This document shows, piece after piece, positions 35,456 through 48,300 of a stretch of 64,000 nucleotides of DNA. Location: NCBI GenBank assembly GCA_002269645.1, contig NIVC01001531.1, forward strand, positions 1 through 64,000, given 5' to 3'. Each line of letters opens with the position of its first letter. Within the stretch, counting starts at the first letter, position 1. Below the pieces are notes generated by a model. The model searched no databases and was not told where the DNA came from. It worked only from the letters and a program-made list of their open reading frames with translations. Made by a program: the position numbers and the translations under genes. The stretch is from Macrostomum lignano. Taxonomy: Eukaryota.

Positions 35456-37719
35456 AAAAACCGGTTGGTACTAGAGTGGCTATAAAGCTATATAGTAAGT
35501 GCCCTATAGGTCACGCGATTGAATTTTTTATAAGCAGTTTTCTAGCCCTTAAACAACGCCGTACTAACACGTAAGTATATAAGAAAAGACGTGCCAATAC
35601 GATATGATAAGCGCACTGTAATTGCAATTGCAGTGGGTGAGCATGACATCGTGACGTGTGTAATTTGTGAGTTATCGGAAAAATTCCAAGTGGAAATTTT
35701 TCTTGAATGCGTCTTTATTGAGTGTTCGCACTATATAAATTCGTTCATTCAATTCTGCCTACTCGTACTAATTAAAGGGGTTAAAAAACATTCTAGGTCA
35801 AACCTTGATCTCTGCTTTTTAGTGGATCTATAATCATATATGTGTTGCCCTGTTGTGGCTACAATTGGGTGGTACGGTAAATGTATAGTTGGTATATGTA
35901 ACATATACTGTACATTGTACATATGCGATGCTGTGTAGTAGCGTTAAAATGTACCCTACAAGTGTGTACTATGAACTCTGCACCCGCATTAACATTTGCA
36001 TGCACATACTACACATGAATACATGCATGTATTGTATGATATTCGATCAGGTACAAAATTTAATATTGAAAACACGAATAGGGGCCCGGCCCTTGGATTG
36101 GGTAGTTCTGCGTGTCTACTTTATTTTCTTTAAGTCGGTATGCATACAACAATAGCTACTACGGTCGCGAACCGAGATGAACCTTAGGCTATGGATCAAA
36201 TACACTATACTAATTGATGGTTCACTCAACAATTTTAGCAAAACTGCGCGTGTAAGACGAGCAAGGAGCAAATTAAAGGACCAAAGCAAATTCAACGTTA
36301 AAAACCTGGATTTATCTCAAAACTTTTATGCCTTTTCCTTTGGCGAAATTACGCCACGATTTTGCTACCAATTAAGAGTAGAGAGAGGAAAAGTAGAGGG
36401 GAGAAAGGAAAGGGTAGACGGAGAACGTCAGCTTGGAGCGGTTCAGCCTGCATGGGTGAGGACACTCCCTACATGTACGTGCTCGAGCCGAGCCAAAGCG
36501 TTCGAGACCCATGGAAACTCAGCGCAGAATCTGCCGAATGCGCAGAAGCTCAGTTTGGGGCTTTAGTCTTTTTTAAAAGCAGAGTTGAATTTGGTATGCA
36601 GAAGTGCATAACCAGCCCAAGTAAAAAATAGGGGGGGGGGGTAACTAACATGCATGTATATATTCTCAATTGCTCATTAACTTGCGATGTACATGCACTG
36701 TAACATGCATCCTGCCGATGCGTTTGCTCAAATTCCTTTACGACATTCAGGCGTCTGACCTTTCGATAAAATCGCCGTAGAATCCCCCTGCAGAGCATCA
36801 AGAAGAGTACTGGTTTGCTATAACGGTTGCTATAATGGTTGCTATAATGACATTTTCAGAGTTGATGACATTTGAGTTGATGAGTTGATGAATTTGAGAG
36901 TATTTGAGTGTATGTATTTGAGTTGATGAGAGTTGATGACAGTTGATGACATTTGCGGATTACAGAAATAATTTTGTACCATACAATTATGTTTGTTGCT
37001 TTTTACGCATTTTATACTAGTTATTTTAGGTATTTTACACACATTTTCCATTTCGCTATGTCTGTTACCAAAGTAAGTGTTTCGCTTCGCCAGCTCATTT
37101 TTCACAGGGTACATTCTGCAATAGTTACACATACAAAGAGAATACAAGAAGATTAAATTTAAGTCTTACTGTATATGCTCTTTTTACTAAATTTAAACTA
37201 GAGTTCGTCTCAGCTTAGAAAGTAAGTATGTGACCAAGGCTTTTTAAGCATTCTATATTTAATTTGTTTGAATGCTTGCAAGTAAAAAAGTAAGTATTCG
37301 AGTTAATTACTTTCAAAGAAAAAAATAGGACGTCATGTTCTTTTTTGTTTACGCTTTAACGAAGCATTCGCAATCCGGAGCAGTTTAACCTGTTGTTTGT
37401 GTTAGAGAGTTTTTATTACAATCAATGACCATTATTAGGCCCTATAAAACGTTTTGTTCATTGCAATTAATATGACACTATTATATTGCAATATAATACA
37501 ACAATACATAACATTGGTTGGCAATATTACAATATATTTAAATAGCAACAGTTGTGCACAGAGACAGACAGAGAGGATGACTGATGAGTGAGTCATCATG
37601 CTAAATAACACCATTTGCTTAGTTTGCCTTGTTTTCGTTGGTGGACACTGTCTTTAGAGATTCCTTATTATCAGTAATACCACATTCAGCATTCTGCTTG
37701 TCCAGTATGTAGTCACCCT

Positions 37720-38586
37720 CAGTGTTGGGCAAGTTACTCAAAAAAAGTAACTTGCGTTACTGTAACTTAAGTTACCAATTTTTAAAAAGTAACTTACGTT
37801 AGCCTAGTAACTTTAGACAAAAACCCGGTAACTTTTAAGTTACTGTCCGTTACTCACTTCCGTTACCCATGTTATTAACAAAATTTTCTGCTTTTTTCAC
37901 ATTGCATTTTTTTACATTGTTGTTACCGAAATTTGCCATTGGGCATTGGGATTAACCGATTAACAGACAGAGACAGCAATTGGCGACACGATGTGAGGCA
38001 AGTAGAAGGACCGATGGGCAATGGCAATCAATAATTAAAATTATAAATGATAAAATAAACGAATATCAATAATTCAATAGAGTAAAATAAATAGAACTGT
38101 ATAAAATAGTGTAGTGTACTGCAGTGCCAGTGGAGGGACTTGTGGAGGCTACAGACGAATTTCTTTCTTTGGTTGTTTGTTTGAATCAAACTTGAAAATT
38201 TTTAGTAAATTGAAAATGAGAAATAAAAATTGAAAAATAAAATGAAAGGCGAAAATATTTTACTGAAATTATAACTAAGCAAAACATGTTTTAAGTATTT
38301 CTTCATTAATTAAAGCGCAATACCAAATGATACTATTCACTTAATTTTGAATTAGGAATGAAAAATGCAAAAAAATGTGACAACCGGCGTAATAGCTAAG
38401 CATTTCAGTTTTAAATTTAAATATTGCGATTGTTGCAAAGTAACTGTAACGGACTTCTGAAATTTGAGTAACTTACCGTTACTCCGTTACTAAAATAAAA
38501 AAGTAACTTGCGTAAGGAACGCTTTACGAAAAAGTAACTTGCGTTACCATTTGCAAGTTACTCGGTAACGGAAGTGCCCAACACTG
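37720..38586. mobile_element. hAT-type MITE, second family
   Basis: TIRs CAGTGTTGGGCA (37720-37731) and TGCCCAACACTG (38575-38586); many GTAAC/GTTAC subterminal motifs at both ends. Flanking 8-mers (GTCACCCT, ATATTTAC) do not match, so no TSD is retained. Confidence 0.8.
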
Positions 38587-40901
38587 ATATTTACAATTAA
38601 ATACTAGGCTAGAAAAATAAAGCACAATGGTATAAAGCTAAATTTAAAATTAAATTAAAAAGTTTCAAATAATATAACTTTACTATATTATAGTATAGGT
38701 CCTATATTCTTTGATTTTAGCCTTATAAATTATAATAGATTAGGCCTAGCCCTAAGGCTAAGGCCGTAGGCGGCAGGCCTACTTATTACTAAGACAAATT
38801 GCAATTTAACCAATAATATAGTAGACATAGATACAATAGCAATAACAGTACTTCCTCTAGAGCCTACCCCACAACCTGGCCTGGTAGTAATATAATTAAT
38901 GAATAGCTAATATATCTAGGCTTAATAAAAATGATTAAAATTGACATTGTTATTATTGCAGCCACTTCAATTTTATTATTATCAATTATAGAGTTACTAC
39001 ATAGATTCAAGTAGGCCCTACTAGGTTTAGTATTGGATAAAGGACTAAATTTATGATAAAATTATACAAAATATTATATCCATAGTTAAAAACTATGAAT
39101 AAAAAATATTCATAGTTTAACGATCTGCATTTGCATTACTTGCCACATGTTTTGTTTTGTATCCTGACCAGTATATTAAGACTTCGTATATTTTATATTC
39201 TATAGGCCTTTTGAATTATATACTTGCATCTTAATACTAAAACTGGTGCGATGTTTGTACTGTCTAATTCTGCTGTTTTTTTAAAAAAAAGCTACGATGT
39301 ATATGCTTGGCGCGATGATGACGACGCGATAATTCTCGGTGTAGACCTGTGCTGTTTTTAAACTTACGAAACAATATTCACTATAACAAAAGGTGACAAA
39401 ACTCATAAACGAAAGACACCATTAGTTTAGGAATATTTTAGTTCAAATAAGCATTGAACTCAAAAACACAGCAAAATCATCATACAAAAAATCTTCAAAT
39501 TGAAACTCAAGAGTACAATAAAAATCAACAACACCCCGACTGTTCGTATGTATTTTAACTACGAGCTCGTACATGTATATTTATGTACGATCGATCGATC
39601 GACTGGACGATTGATTACACAGGCCGCAGTCTCAGGGAGTCAGGGTGTCCGCGCCATGTATTTAGTTTCGATTTCCAGGTTTTCAAGAATTTTTTTCGTG
39701 TTGCGTCTAGACTATTTTCAGGTTAGATTAACAGTTTTCAGTTATATATATAATTTCTCATTTTCATATAAAAAACTAACAATTGGACTTCGTGACGATC
39801 AGCACATGTTAAAAAACACTCTTGTTTAACGCTTTTAAAATAGTTAAAAGTTTTGTGTAGTTGTAAGAGCACGAAAAGTAAGATCAGCTCAGCTAAGCTT
39901 AGTTCAGCTTGCTCTGTTCATTTTTTCCGAGACTATTTGCGCAGCTCCCGGACAGGAATTAATTATGAAGCTTCAGTCTCCGCCAAAAGTGCTCGTATTG
40001 TTGCTTCCATCTTCTGTTCGATGCGTGAAATCTCTTCAGTTGCTCTTTTTTCAGCTTCACTATTATTAGTTATTCTGCTATTCGTTCTTCTTGTCGTCTA
40101 GGGCACGGCGGCAACGCTCGAATAGGGTGGCTTGGAAAGAGCAATATTCATCGGACCCCCAGCAGCTCTATAAATTGCGTCCTGAACTAGGCGCATGGAC
40201 ACCAAGGAACAGGGATCTGCAGAAGATTAGGCACCAGCAAAAAACCTCGGCCTGTGGGAATCATTCAAGGCATTGCTCCTACAATTAGATATCGATCAAC
40301 GTTCTAGATAGCTACTGTGCAGTTATTCAAATCAGACCTGTATTTTTGCTATAGCTACTAATTAAAGGAATAGATCAACAAAAACAACCCGAAATGTTTG
40401 ATATTAGTAAAACTAGTAGTAAAACTGAACACCAACTACACCGTGCATAGCGGGTGCTGATTATTAAATAGATTTTATGCTCTTATGCACACGATATATT
40501 TATCGCAGAGAAAGAAAGGAAATATGGTGGCAATATTAGCTTATTGTACGTACATCTAATTCAGCTTGAGTGCTCTAGAGTAAAAAGCATTTAGTACAAG
40601 TATATACGGAATAGCAACAGTAAAAAGCTACAGCTAATCAAGATTCTTTATAGCGCATGAAAAATGTATCATGACTGGTGGTGTACGCGAGGACAGATAA
40701 TCAACATCAAAGACCAAGAAAATCTATATAAGCCTTTTAATCCTGATTTGTTTTTTTTAGTTTAAGATGAAAACACAATTAGTTCAACTAATATACACAC
40801 TACACAGGATAATATAATAAGAGAAAATTTACAAAGCTATCATTATTATTCTTAATAATCGTAAATAGTAAGTAGTACGGAAAGGCGCCAATTGTAACGG
40901 A

Positions 40902-41167
40902 TCAGTCAGTCAGTCAGTCAGTCAGTCAGTCAGTCAGTCAGTCAGTCAGTCAGTCAGTCAGTCAGTCAGTCAGTCAGTCAGTCAGTCAGTCAGTCAGTCA
41001 GTCAGTCAGTCAGTCAGTCAGTCAGTCAGTCAGTCAGTCAGTCAGTCAGTCAGTCAGTCAGTCAGTCAGTCAGTCAGTCAGTCAGTCAGTCAGTCAGTCA
41101 GTCAGTCAGTCAGTCAGTCAGTCAGTCAGTCAGTCAGTCAGTCAGTCAGTCAGTCAGTCAGTCAGTC
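40902..41167. repeat. (GTCA)n microsatellite, about 265 bp and essentially perfect
   Basis: Seen directly. Confidence 0.98.
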
Positions 41168-42044
41168 GGACAGACATTTTTAAACCACATATAACACACA
41201 GACTCAGCTTAGCTGGTAACAGACAGAAGAGGAATAAAACTGGGTCATAAAAATTACAGATACAAAAAATTGAAAATCACAAAAATACTTAGCTCAATTA
41301 GAGAATTCAAACAAGTCGATAGCTCCTATAGCTGACAGGCAGATCTGGATATTATGATTACACGAAAGAGGGTGCTCTGTACATCTTCTGGGATTGCATA
41401 TGAAAAGTGTGCAATAAAAAATGGAAAATACATTTAAACAACACTGATTATAACAAATGTTTAGTAGGCCACAATCAAAGTAAAGACACACACACACACA
41501 CACGATTATCCATGAGAAGTGGTCAAGATAGTCAAAAAACATCAAATGGTTGGCTAAGAAACTATTCATAATGATAATATCATCAATAGCAACTATAATA
41601 AGCTCGTACAGCGGCTGCTAAGTGATGGGATAGTTATAGAGAGGCCTACCCTGGTTACAGCTGTATCTAAATGTAGCAAATTGTGGCCTACTAAACCGTA
41701 GGGGCCGTAGAGTCGTATCCGAGGCGTGCTGGAGTCATTGTAGAGTCACTGAGTTGCATCTGCGTCACTTAATGAATTCAGAATCGCATTTCGCATTAAC
41801 AGTTCAGTAAGAACTCTTTTTAGTCTACTTCAGTTAGTAACCGATTACACCTGCTCCAATTGGGCCAGATGTGCAACCGACAGCTCAGCCGCAGCTATTG
41901 CGCGGCGCATCTGAAGGCTGCGTACGGCTGTTCAGTCCATGGACTGGGGGGGGGGGGGGCGCCACACACCCTCAACTACCCCAGCTAACGCTGGCACCCA
42001 TTTTAAGTTTTAAGTGTCTTTCTTAAAGACAAAAATTTTTCCGG

Positions 42045-42117
42045 TGGTGATATCGGGAATCGAACCCCCGACCTTCAAGTTGTGAGTCCGAAGCTCTAAG
42101 CACTAGGCTACATTATT
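42045..42117 (-). pseudogene. tRNA-like sequence (tRNA pseudogene or SINE head; CAC in the anticodon position)
   Basis: Minus strand TAGCCTAGTGCTTAGAGC-TTCGGA-CTCACAA-CTTGAAGGTC-GGGGGTTCGATTCCCGATATCACCA. A and B boxes are present, but acceptor, anticodon and T stems pair poorly. Confidence 0.65.
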
Positions 42118-42330
42118 ATACGTCATGATTACTTGAGTTAGTTGGAAGTTAAGCGTCAACACGACTTCTGGATGAAAGATTTTACAACTGACGTGACTCA
42201 ACAGTCGCCTCAGAGCCACTATCCCAACAATCAGCCCTTGTACAAGCTATTATAAAATACAATCAAAAGAGGCAGTCAACAAGAGTCAAAAAATCGATAT
42301 CAGACACTTACAAAAGCCAACTCAATCAAT

Positions 42331-45300
42331 CTACATTTTAATCTGATTGCCAGAGAAATCTTCAACTTTTTTCACGGCCGCCTTACAGAAGAAGCATTCT
42401 CGTTTGTTGCTAAGCTGCAACGCGATGCAGGAGCCGCAGGAGCGGTGGCCGCACGGTTTGAACACTACGCTGAGCTTGTGCGCGTAGCAGATTGGACACA
42501 GATCGTCCTCTGAGCAGCCGGTCAACTCTGAGTCTTCAACTAGGCTGTCCAGATCTTCGCCGAGTTGTTTGACAAATTCCAGCTCCGCTGAGGTGACCAG
42601 ACCTTCTTCGTCACCCTTAGTAGCATAGGCGGCTAAAACTTCGTACACTTTAGTCAGTGTGCGCGAATTTAAACACGCTTCGCTTTTTAAACTGCTCAAT
42701 ACAGTCTGTCGGCGGGTTGCCGCTGATGAGGCTGACCCTGAACCGGCCGTGAGCTCGCGGAGAAGGCCGCAGACGCCCGCTAGCAGGGGGAACAGGCCAG
42801 TGGCGCCACAGATGCTTGGCAATCGGAGCATGATCTGGCCAGCAACCTGCGGTTGTGTAGGGGGGATTTCCATTGCTTAGTTGTGTGCGAATGAATGAGA
42901 CTTGCCAAATCAAGTAAACTCTTATTTATTTGCCGCATTATCTAGCAGCCGATTTCTTTCTAAAAGCCTAGCAACAGATCCCATTCTCACACCATAGCAA
43001 CAGACCCCAATCACCTAATTTTACCTTGGGACTTGAAAACTTAGTAATAGACTAAATTTCTAATCTCCCATAGCAACAGATCCCATCTCCTGTTCCCGTA
43101 GCAACAAGATTTCATCTACCATAAAAACAGATTCCATCCCCCGTTCCCATAGCAACACAAATCCCATCTCCCGTTCCTACAGCAACACAGATCCCATCTT
43201 CCATTACCATAGCAACACAGTTCCCATCTCCCATAGCAACAGAGATTCCATCCCCCATTCCCGTAGCAACACAGATCCCATCTCCCGTTCCCATAGCAAC
43301 ACAGCCCATCTCCCGTTCCCATAGCAACACAGCCCATCTCCCGTTCCCATAGCAACACATATCCCATATTCCGTTTCCATGGCAACACAGATCCCATCTC
43401 CCATGGCAACACAGATCCCATCTCCCATGGCAACACAGATCCCATCTCCCATAGCAGCACAGATCCCATCTCCCATGGCAACACAGATCCCATCTCCCAT
43501 AACAACACGAATTCCATCTTCTGTTCCCACAGAAACACAGATCCCATCTCCCATAGCAGCACAGATTGCACCTTCCATAGCAACATAGCGAAAGCTTCCA
43601 GTAAGCTACCTGGCTCAGCCGGCTCAAAAACAAGCTAGAAGTTGGTTGCACAAAGAACTCAGGCGTTAAATGCGCCACCATCTCGAGCGCCCGGACCAGC
43701 ACGACTGTCATGTCGAGGAAGCCAGACAGCACTTTGGCTCGCCGACTGCTGATGGCGGCTCCGGCGGCTGAGGCGGCATTCCGGCTGTCCTGCGACACAG
43801 ACAGGTAGTCTGAGAAGCTCAGATTGAGCTTGTTAAGCAGGAAATCGACAATTTGACGTTGCAATGCCGGGTCGGAGACCAGGAGGGCGCGGATTTGGCG
43901 CTGATAAAATGCCGAAGGATACGGGTCTGCAATGGGAGAAACGACTCAACCTAATAACTTGGAGGTGGAAAGAAAAATTAGCAAACCTAAAGATCTTAGA
44001 ATGGTGAAGGGATTTAAACATAGGATCAGTTCGGGAATCTGGGAATAGGATCAGTTAGGGGATCTGGGAATAGGATCATATTAGGGATCTGGGAATAGGA
44101 TCAAATTGGGGTCTGGGAATAGGATCAGTTTGGGTAACTGGGAATAGGATCATATTAGGGATCTAGGAATAGGATCAGTTCGAGAATCTGGGAATAGGAT
44201 CAGATTTGGGATGTGGGAATAAGATCAGTCTAGGGATCTGGGAATAGGATGAGTCCTAGGGAATCTAGGAATAGGATCAGTTTGAGGATCTGGGAATAGG
44301 ATCAGTTTGAGGATCTGGGAATAGGATCAGTTTGGGGATCTGGGAATAGGATCAGTCTACTGGGAATCTGGGAATAGGATCAGTTTGGGGATCTGGGAAT
44401 AGGATCAGTCTACTGGGAATCTGGGAATAGGATCAGTAGGAATCTAGGAATAGGATGAGTCTCGGGAGTTTAGAAGACTAGTTAGAGGGTCAGACAATGA
44501 GAAGAATTTAGGACCAGTTTGAAGATCACGGAATGGGAATAAATGGGAGCAAGCTGAAGATCTGGGAATGGGAAGAATTGGGACCAGTTTGAGCATCTAG
44601 AAAATAAATGAAGGATCCCTGGGCTCCCACTAGAAACCAAAAACTCACCCAAATCAAAGCTCTTCGGAGTCGGAGTCGTATTAAACAACCGATTGGCAGC
44701 CAGCTGCTTCATCAGGTCGCCACCACCGCCGCTGCCGCCGGCGCTGCCAGCCTCGCCGGAAGCGTCAGCCAAGTCGTCTGGCTCTTCGGCGTACCGAAAC
44801 GCGAACCCGTCGCCTTTCCAGAATCGAACCAGGACTCGATTAGTGAGAAACCAGCGCCTGCTATAGCCGGAATCTGACGAAGCCGGTAGCAACAAAGACT
44901 TTACTAGGGAAGCCGCTTCATCCTGGCTGAATCTTTGTAGCGCCTCGATGAAGTCAGGCTCGCAGGTGAGCACAACCAGATTAGACAGGAACAGTTCGCG
45001 AGTCTCCGAGCTCACTATACGAGGATCGTCGAAATAGGCTGTGATGAAGCGGGCGAAGCTGAGCAGGATTTCTGCGCTATCTGTAGGCGGTTGAGATAGA
45101 TAACTTTTATTCCTTAGTTAGATAAGATGATAATTTAGCTGTAGGATTACATAAATTACACTTATAGTCATCGTAAACAAGTTCTACTTCTCGTTTCAGA
45201 GATGGATGGATCCACAGACAGACAGACACAGACAGACAGATAGACAGACAGACAGAGAGAAGGACAGACAGACAGACGAACAGACAGACAGACACAGACA

Positions 45301-48300
45301 GACAGACAGACAGACAGACAGAGAGACAGACAGACAGACAGTGACAGACAGATAGATAGACAGACAGACAGACAGAAAGACTCACCCTCAGCGGTCTGGA
45401 ACGGCACCAGCAGGCCGCACACATCCTTCAGAGTGTAGAACGCATTAGCCGCAGTGGAAACAAAATACTCGGGCAAGAATCGGAACAAATTATTATTGTC
45501 CGCCTCTCCGCCAGCTCCAGCCGCTTTAGCAAAGGTCGCGGATAACACCGAGCACAGCCAACGAACAGAGGCGCGCATTTCGGGCGACAATGGTCCGGCT
45601 AGCAGATGCGCCAGCGCCGCCTCTCGACCAATCAGATGATCGCGCAGCACCCGTTCGGCGGCTTCAATCCGCTGCCCGATGTCGGCCAGCCGATCCGGCG
45701 GACAGCGGGCCAGATTAGCTCTAGTCTGGTCCAGCGCGTCGCAATAAGACGCATAGTCTAGCAGCCGCTTGCTAGCCAGCACTAGCTGGCGGTAGACGCT
45801 CAGATAGAATAAAGCTATAGTGCAGTCCAATAGACGGATTAGGGGCAGAATTAGACTATGCTGCAATTGCTGCTGCTGCTGCTGCTGTTTGCGACTATGC
45901 CGACGGTGGTGCTGACTGCTGAGCGAGTGCATCTGCAACAGCAGCTGCTGTCGCTCGTCTAGGAATGTGGCAGTTGGCGACGAGCCAGCTGAAGTGCCGG
46001 CAGGACTGGAGGAGGGTGGCAGCAGGTGGCGGCAACCAAACTCGGCCAGCATTGCTGGTCCAAGCGGCTGCTGCGGATGGGCCGGCGTCGATGGCGAAGG
46101 CGGAGTTGCCGAGGCCTACAGCGGTTTCAGTTTGATTGGGATAGGGATCTGGGAGGCTGGATCAGGAACTGGGGATCTGGGAGGCTGGCCCAGCAACTGA
46201 GGATCTGGGAGGCTGGCCCAGCAACTGAGGATCTGGGAGGCTGGTCCAGCAACTGACACTCTGGGAGGCTGGTCCAGCAACTGAGGATCTGAGAGGCTGG
46301 CCCAGCAACTGACACTCTGGGAGGCTGGTCCAGCAACTGAGGATCTGGGAGGCTGGTCCAGCAACTGACACTCTGGGAGGCTGGTCCAGCAACTGAGGAT
46401 CTGAGAGGCTGGCCCAGCAACTGACACTCTGGGAGGCTGGTCCAGCAACTGAGGATTTGGAAGGCTGGCCCAGCAACTGAGGATTTGGAAGGCTGGCCCA
46501 GCAACTGACACTCTGGGAGGCTGGTCCAGCAACTGACACTCTGGGAGGCTGGCCCAGCAACTGACACTCTGGGAGGCTGGTCCAGCAACTGACACTCTGG
46601 GAGGCTGGTCCAGCAACTGAGGATCTGAGAGGCTGGCCCAGCAACTGACACTCTGGGAGGCTGGTCCAGCAACTGAGGATCTGAGAGGCTGGTCCAGCAA
46701 CTGACACTCTGGGAGGCTGGTCCAGCAACTGAGGATCTGAGAGGCTGGCCCAGCAACTGACACTCTGGGAGGCTGGTCCAGCAACTGAGGATCTGAGAGG
46801 CTGGCCCAGCAACTGACACTCTGGGAGGCTGGTCCAGCAACTGAGGATCTGGGAGGCTGGTCCAGCAACTGAGGATCTGAGAGGCTGGCCCAGCAACTGA
46901 CACTCTGGGAGGCTGGTCCAGCAACTGAGGATTTGGAAGGCTGGCCCAGCAACTGAGGATTTGGAAGGCTGGCCCAGCAACTGAGGATTTGGAAGACTGG
47001 CCCAGCAACTGACACTCTGGGAGGCTGGCCCAGCAACTGGGGGTCTGAGAGGCTGGCCCAGAAACTAAGAATCTGGGAGGCTGGTGGGCCAGCATTAGAC
47101 GATCTGGGGAGCTGGCCCAGCAACTGTTGATCCGGAAAGGTGCGGCAAGTCTCCTAGAGGATAAAAAACGATTAGACGCAAGTCACCTGTTGCTGCTCAG
47201 CCGTGGGCGAGCTACCCTCTTTATGGCCGCCGCCGCTTCCGCCCCGGCCAGTGAAGGTCAGCAGGGCGCCCAGACCTCCAACAAAGCGCCGTTTCCCGCT
47301 GCTAGCAGCCGAGTCCCCCAGCGAGCTCAGGCCGGCGCCGAAGCCGCCCCGCTGCCGATACTGCTCAGCCAGGGTGGCCGAAGAGCGCAGCACGGCAGAC
47401 ACTTCGTCTTTGTAAGTTTTGGCCAGGTAGGCTTGCAAACCGCCTAGCCGTTGGGCATCGTACGAGTCCAACTCTTCTAGGCAGAAATATTCGGCTGGTA
47501 TGTAGGGCTGCTGCTCGAATGGCTGCGATTAGAGAGAAGGTTCGAATCTCGGTAAAGAACAGTGGTTCGAAGTTCGAATGTTTAGTAATTTAAGATGAGG
47601 GTCTCGCAGGGTCTACTAAGTTCATGGGATCGAATCACTATGGTCTTCAGGGGTTCGAATGTAATCTCTATACAGGTCTGGGGTTCGAATCTCTATGAAG
47701 GTCTGGGGTTCGTATCTCTATGAATGTCAGGAGTTCGAATCTCTAAGAAGGTCAGGGGTTCGGATCTCTAAGAAGGTCAGGGGTTTGAATCTCTATGAAG
47801 GTCAGGGGTTCAAATCTCTATGAATGTCAGGGTTCAAATCTTTATGAAGGTCAGGGGTTCGAATCTCTTTGAAGGTCAGGGGTTTGAATCTCTATGAAGG
47901 TTGGGGTTTGAATCTCTATTAAGGTTGGGGTTTGAATCTCTATGAAGGTTGGGGTTTGAATCTCTATGAAGGTTGGAGTTTGAATCTTTATGAAGGTTGG
48001 GGTTTGAATCTCGATGAAGGTCTGGGGTTTGAATCTCTATGAAGGTTGGGGTTCGAATCTCTATGAAGGTCTGGGGTTCGAATCTGTATGAAGGTCTGGG
48101 GTTCGAATCTCTATGAAGGTCTGGGGTTTGAATCTCTATGAAGGTTGGGGTTCGAATCTCTATGAAGGTCTGGGGTTCGAATCTGTATGAAGGTCTGGGG
48201 TTCGAATCTCTATGAAGGTCTGGGGTTCGAATCTCGATGAAGGTCGGGGTTTGAATCTCTATGAAGGTCTGGGGTTCGAATCTTGTTTTGTGGAAAATAA

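Noticed and set aside
36177-36801. ORFs upstream of CTNS
   Set aside because: Overlapping frames on both strands, no motifs, no supporting splice structure.
42045-42117. Functional tRNA-Val(CAC)
   Set aside because: Acceptor stem cannot pair and anticodon/T stems have mismatches; kept only as pseudogene or SINE head. tRNAscan-SE would settle it.
46116-47123. Three overlapping 270-335 aa ORFs
   Set aside because: 28-bp array lacking stops in several frames; lies wholly within intron 11.
47600-48285. Repeated GGTTCGAATC B-box-like motif suggesting a tRNA cluster
   Set aside because: No A box or cloverleaf; spacing is the 24-25 bp array period.
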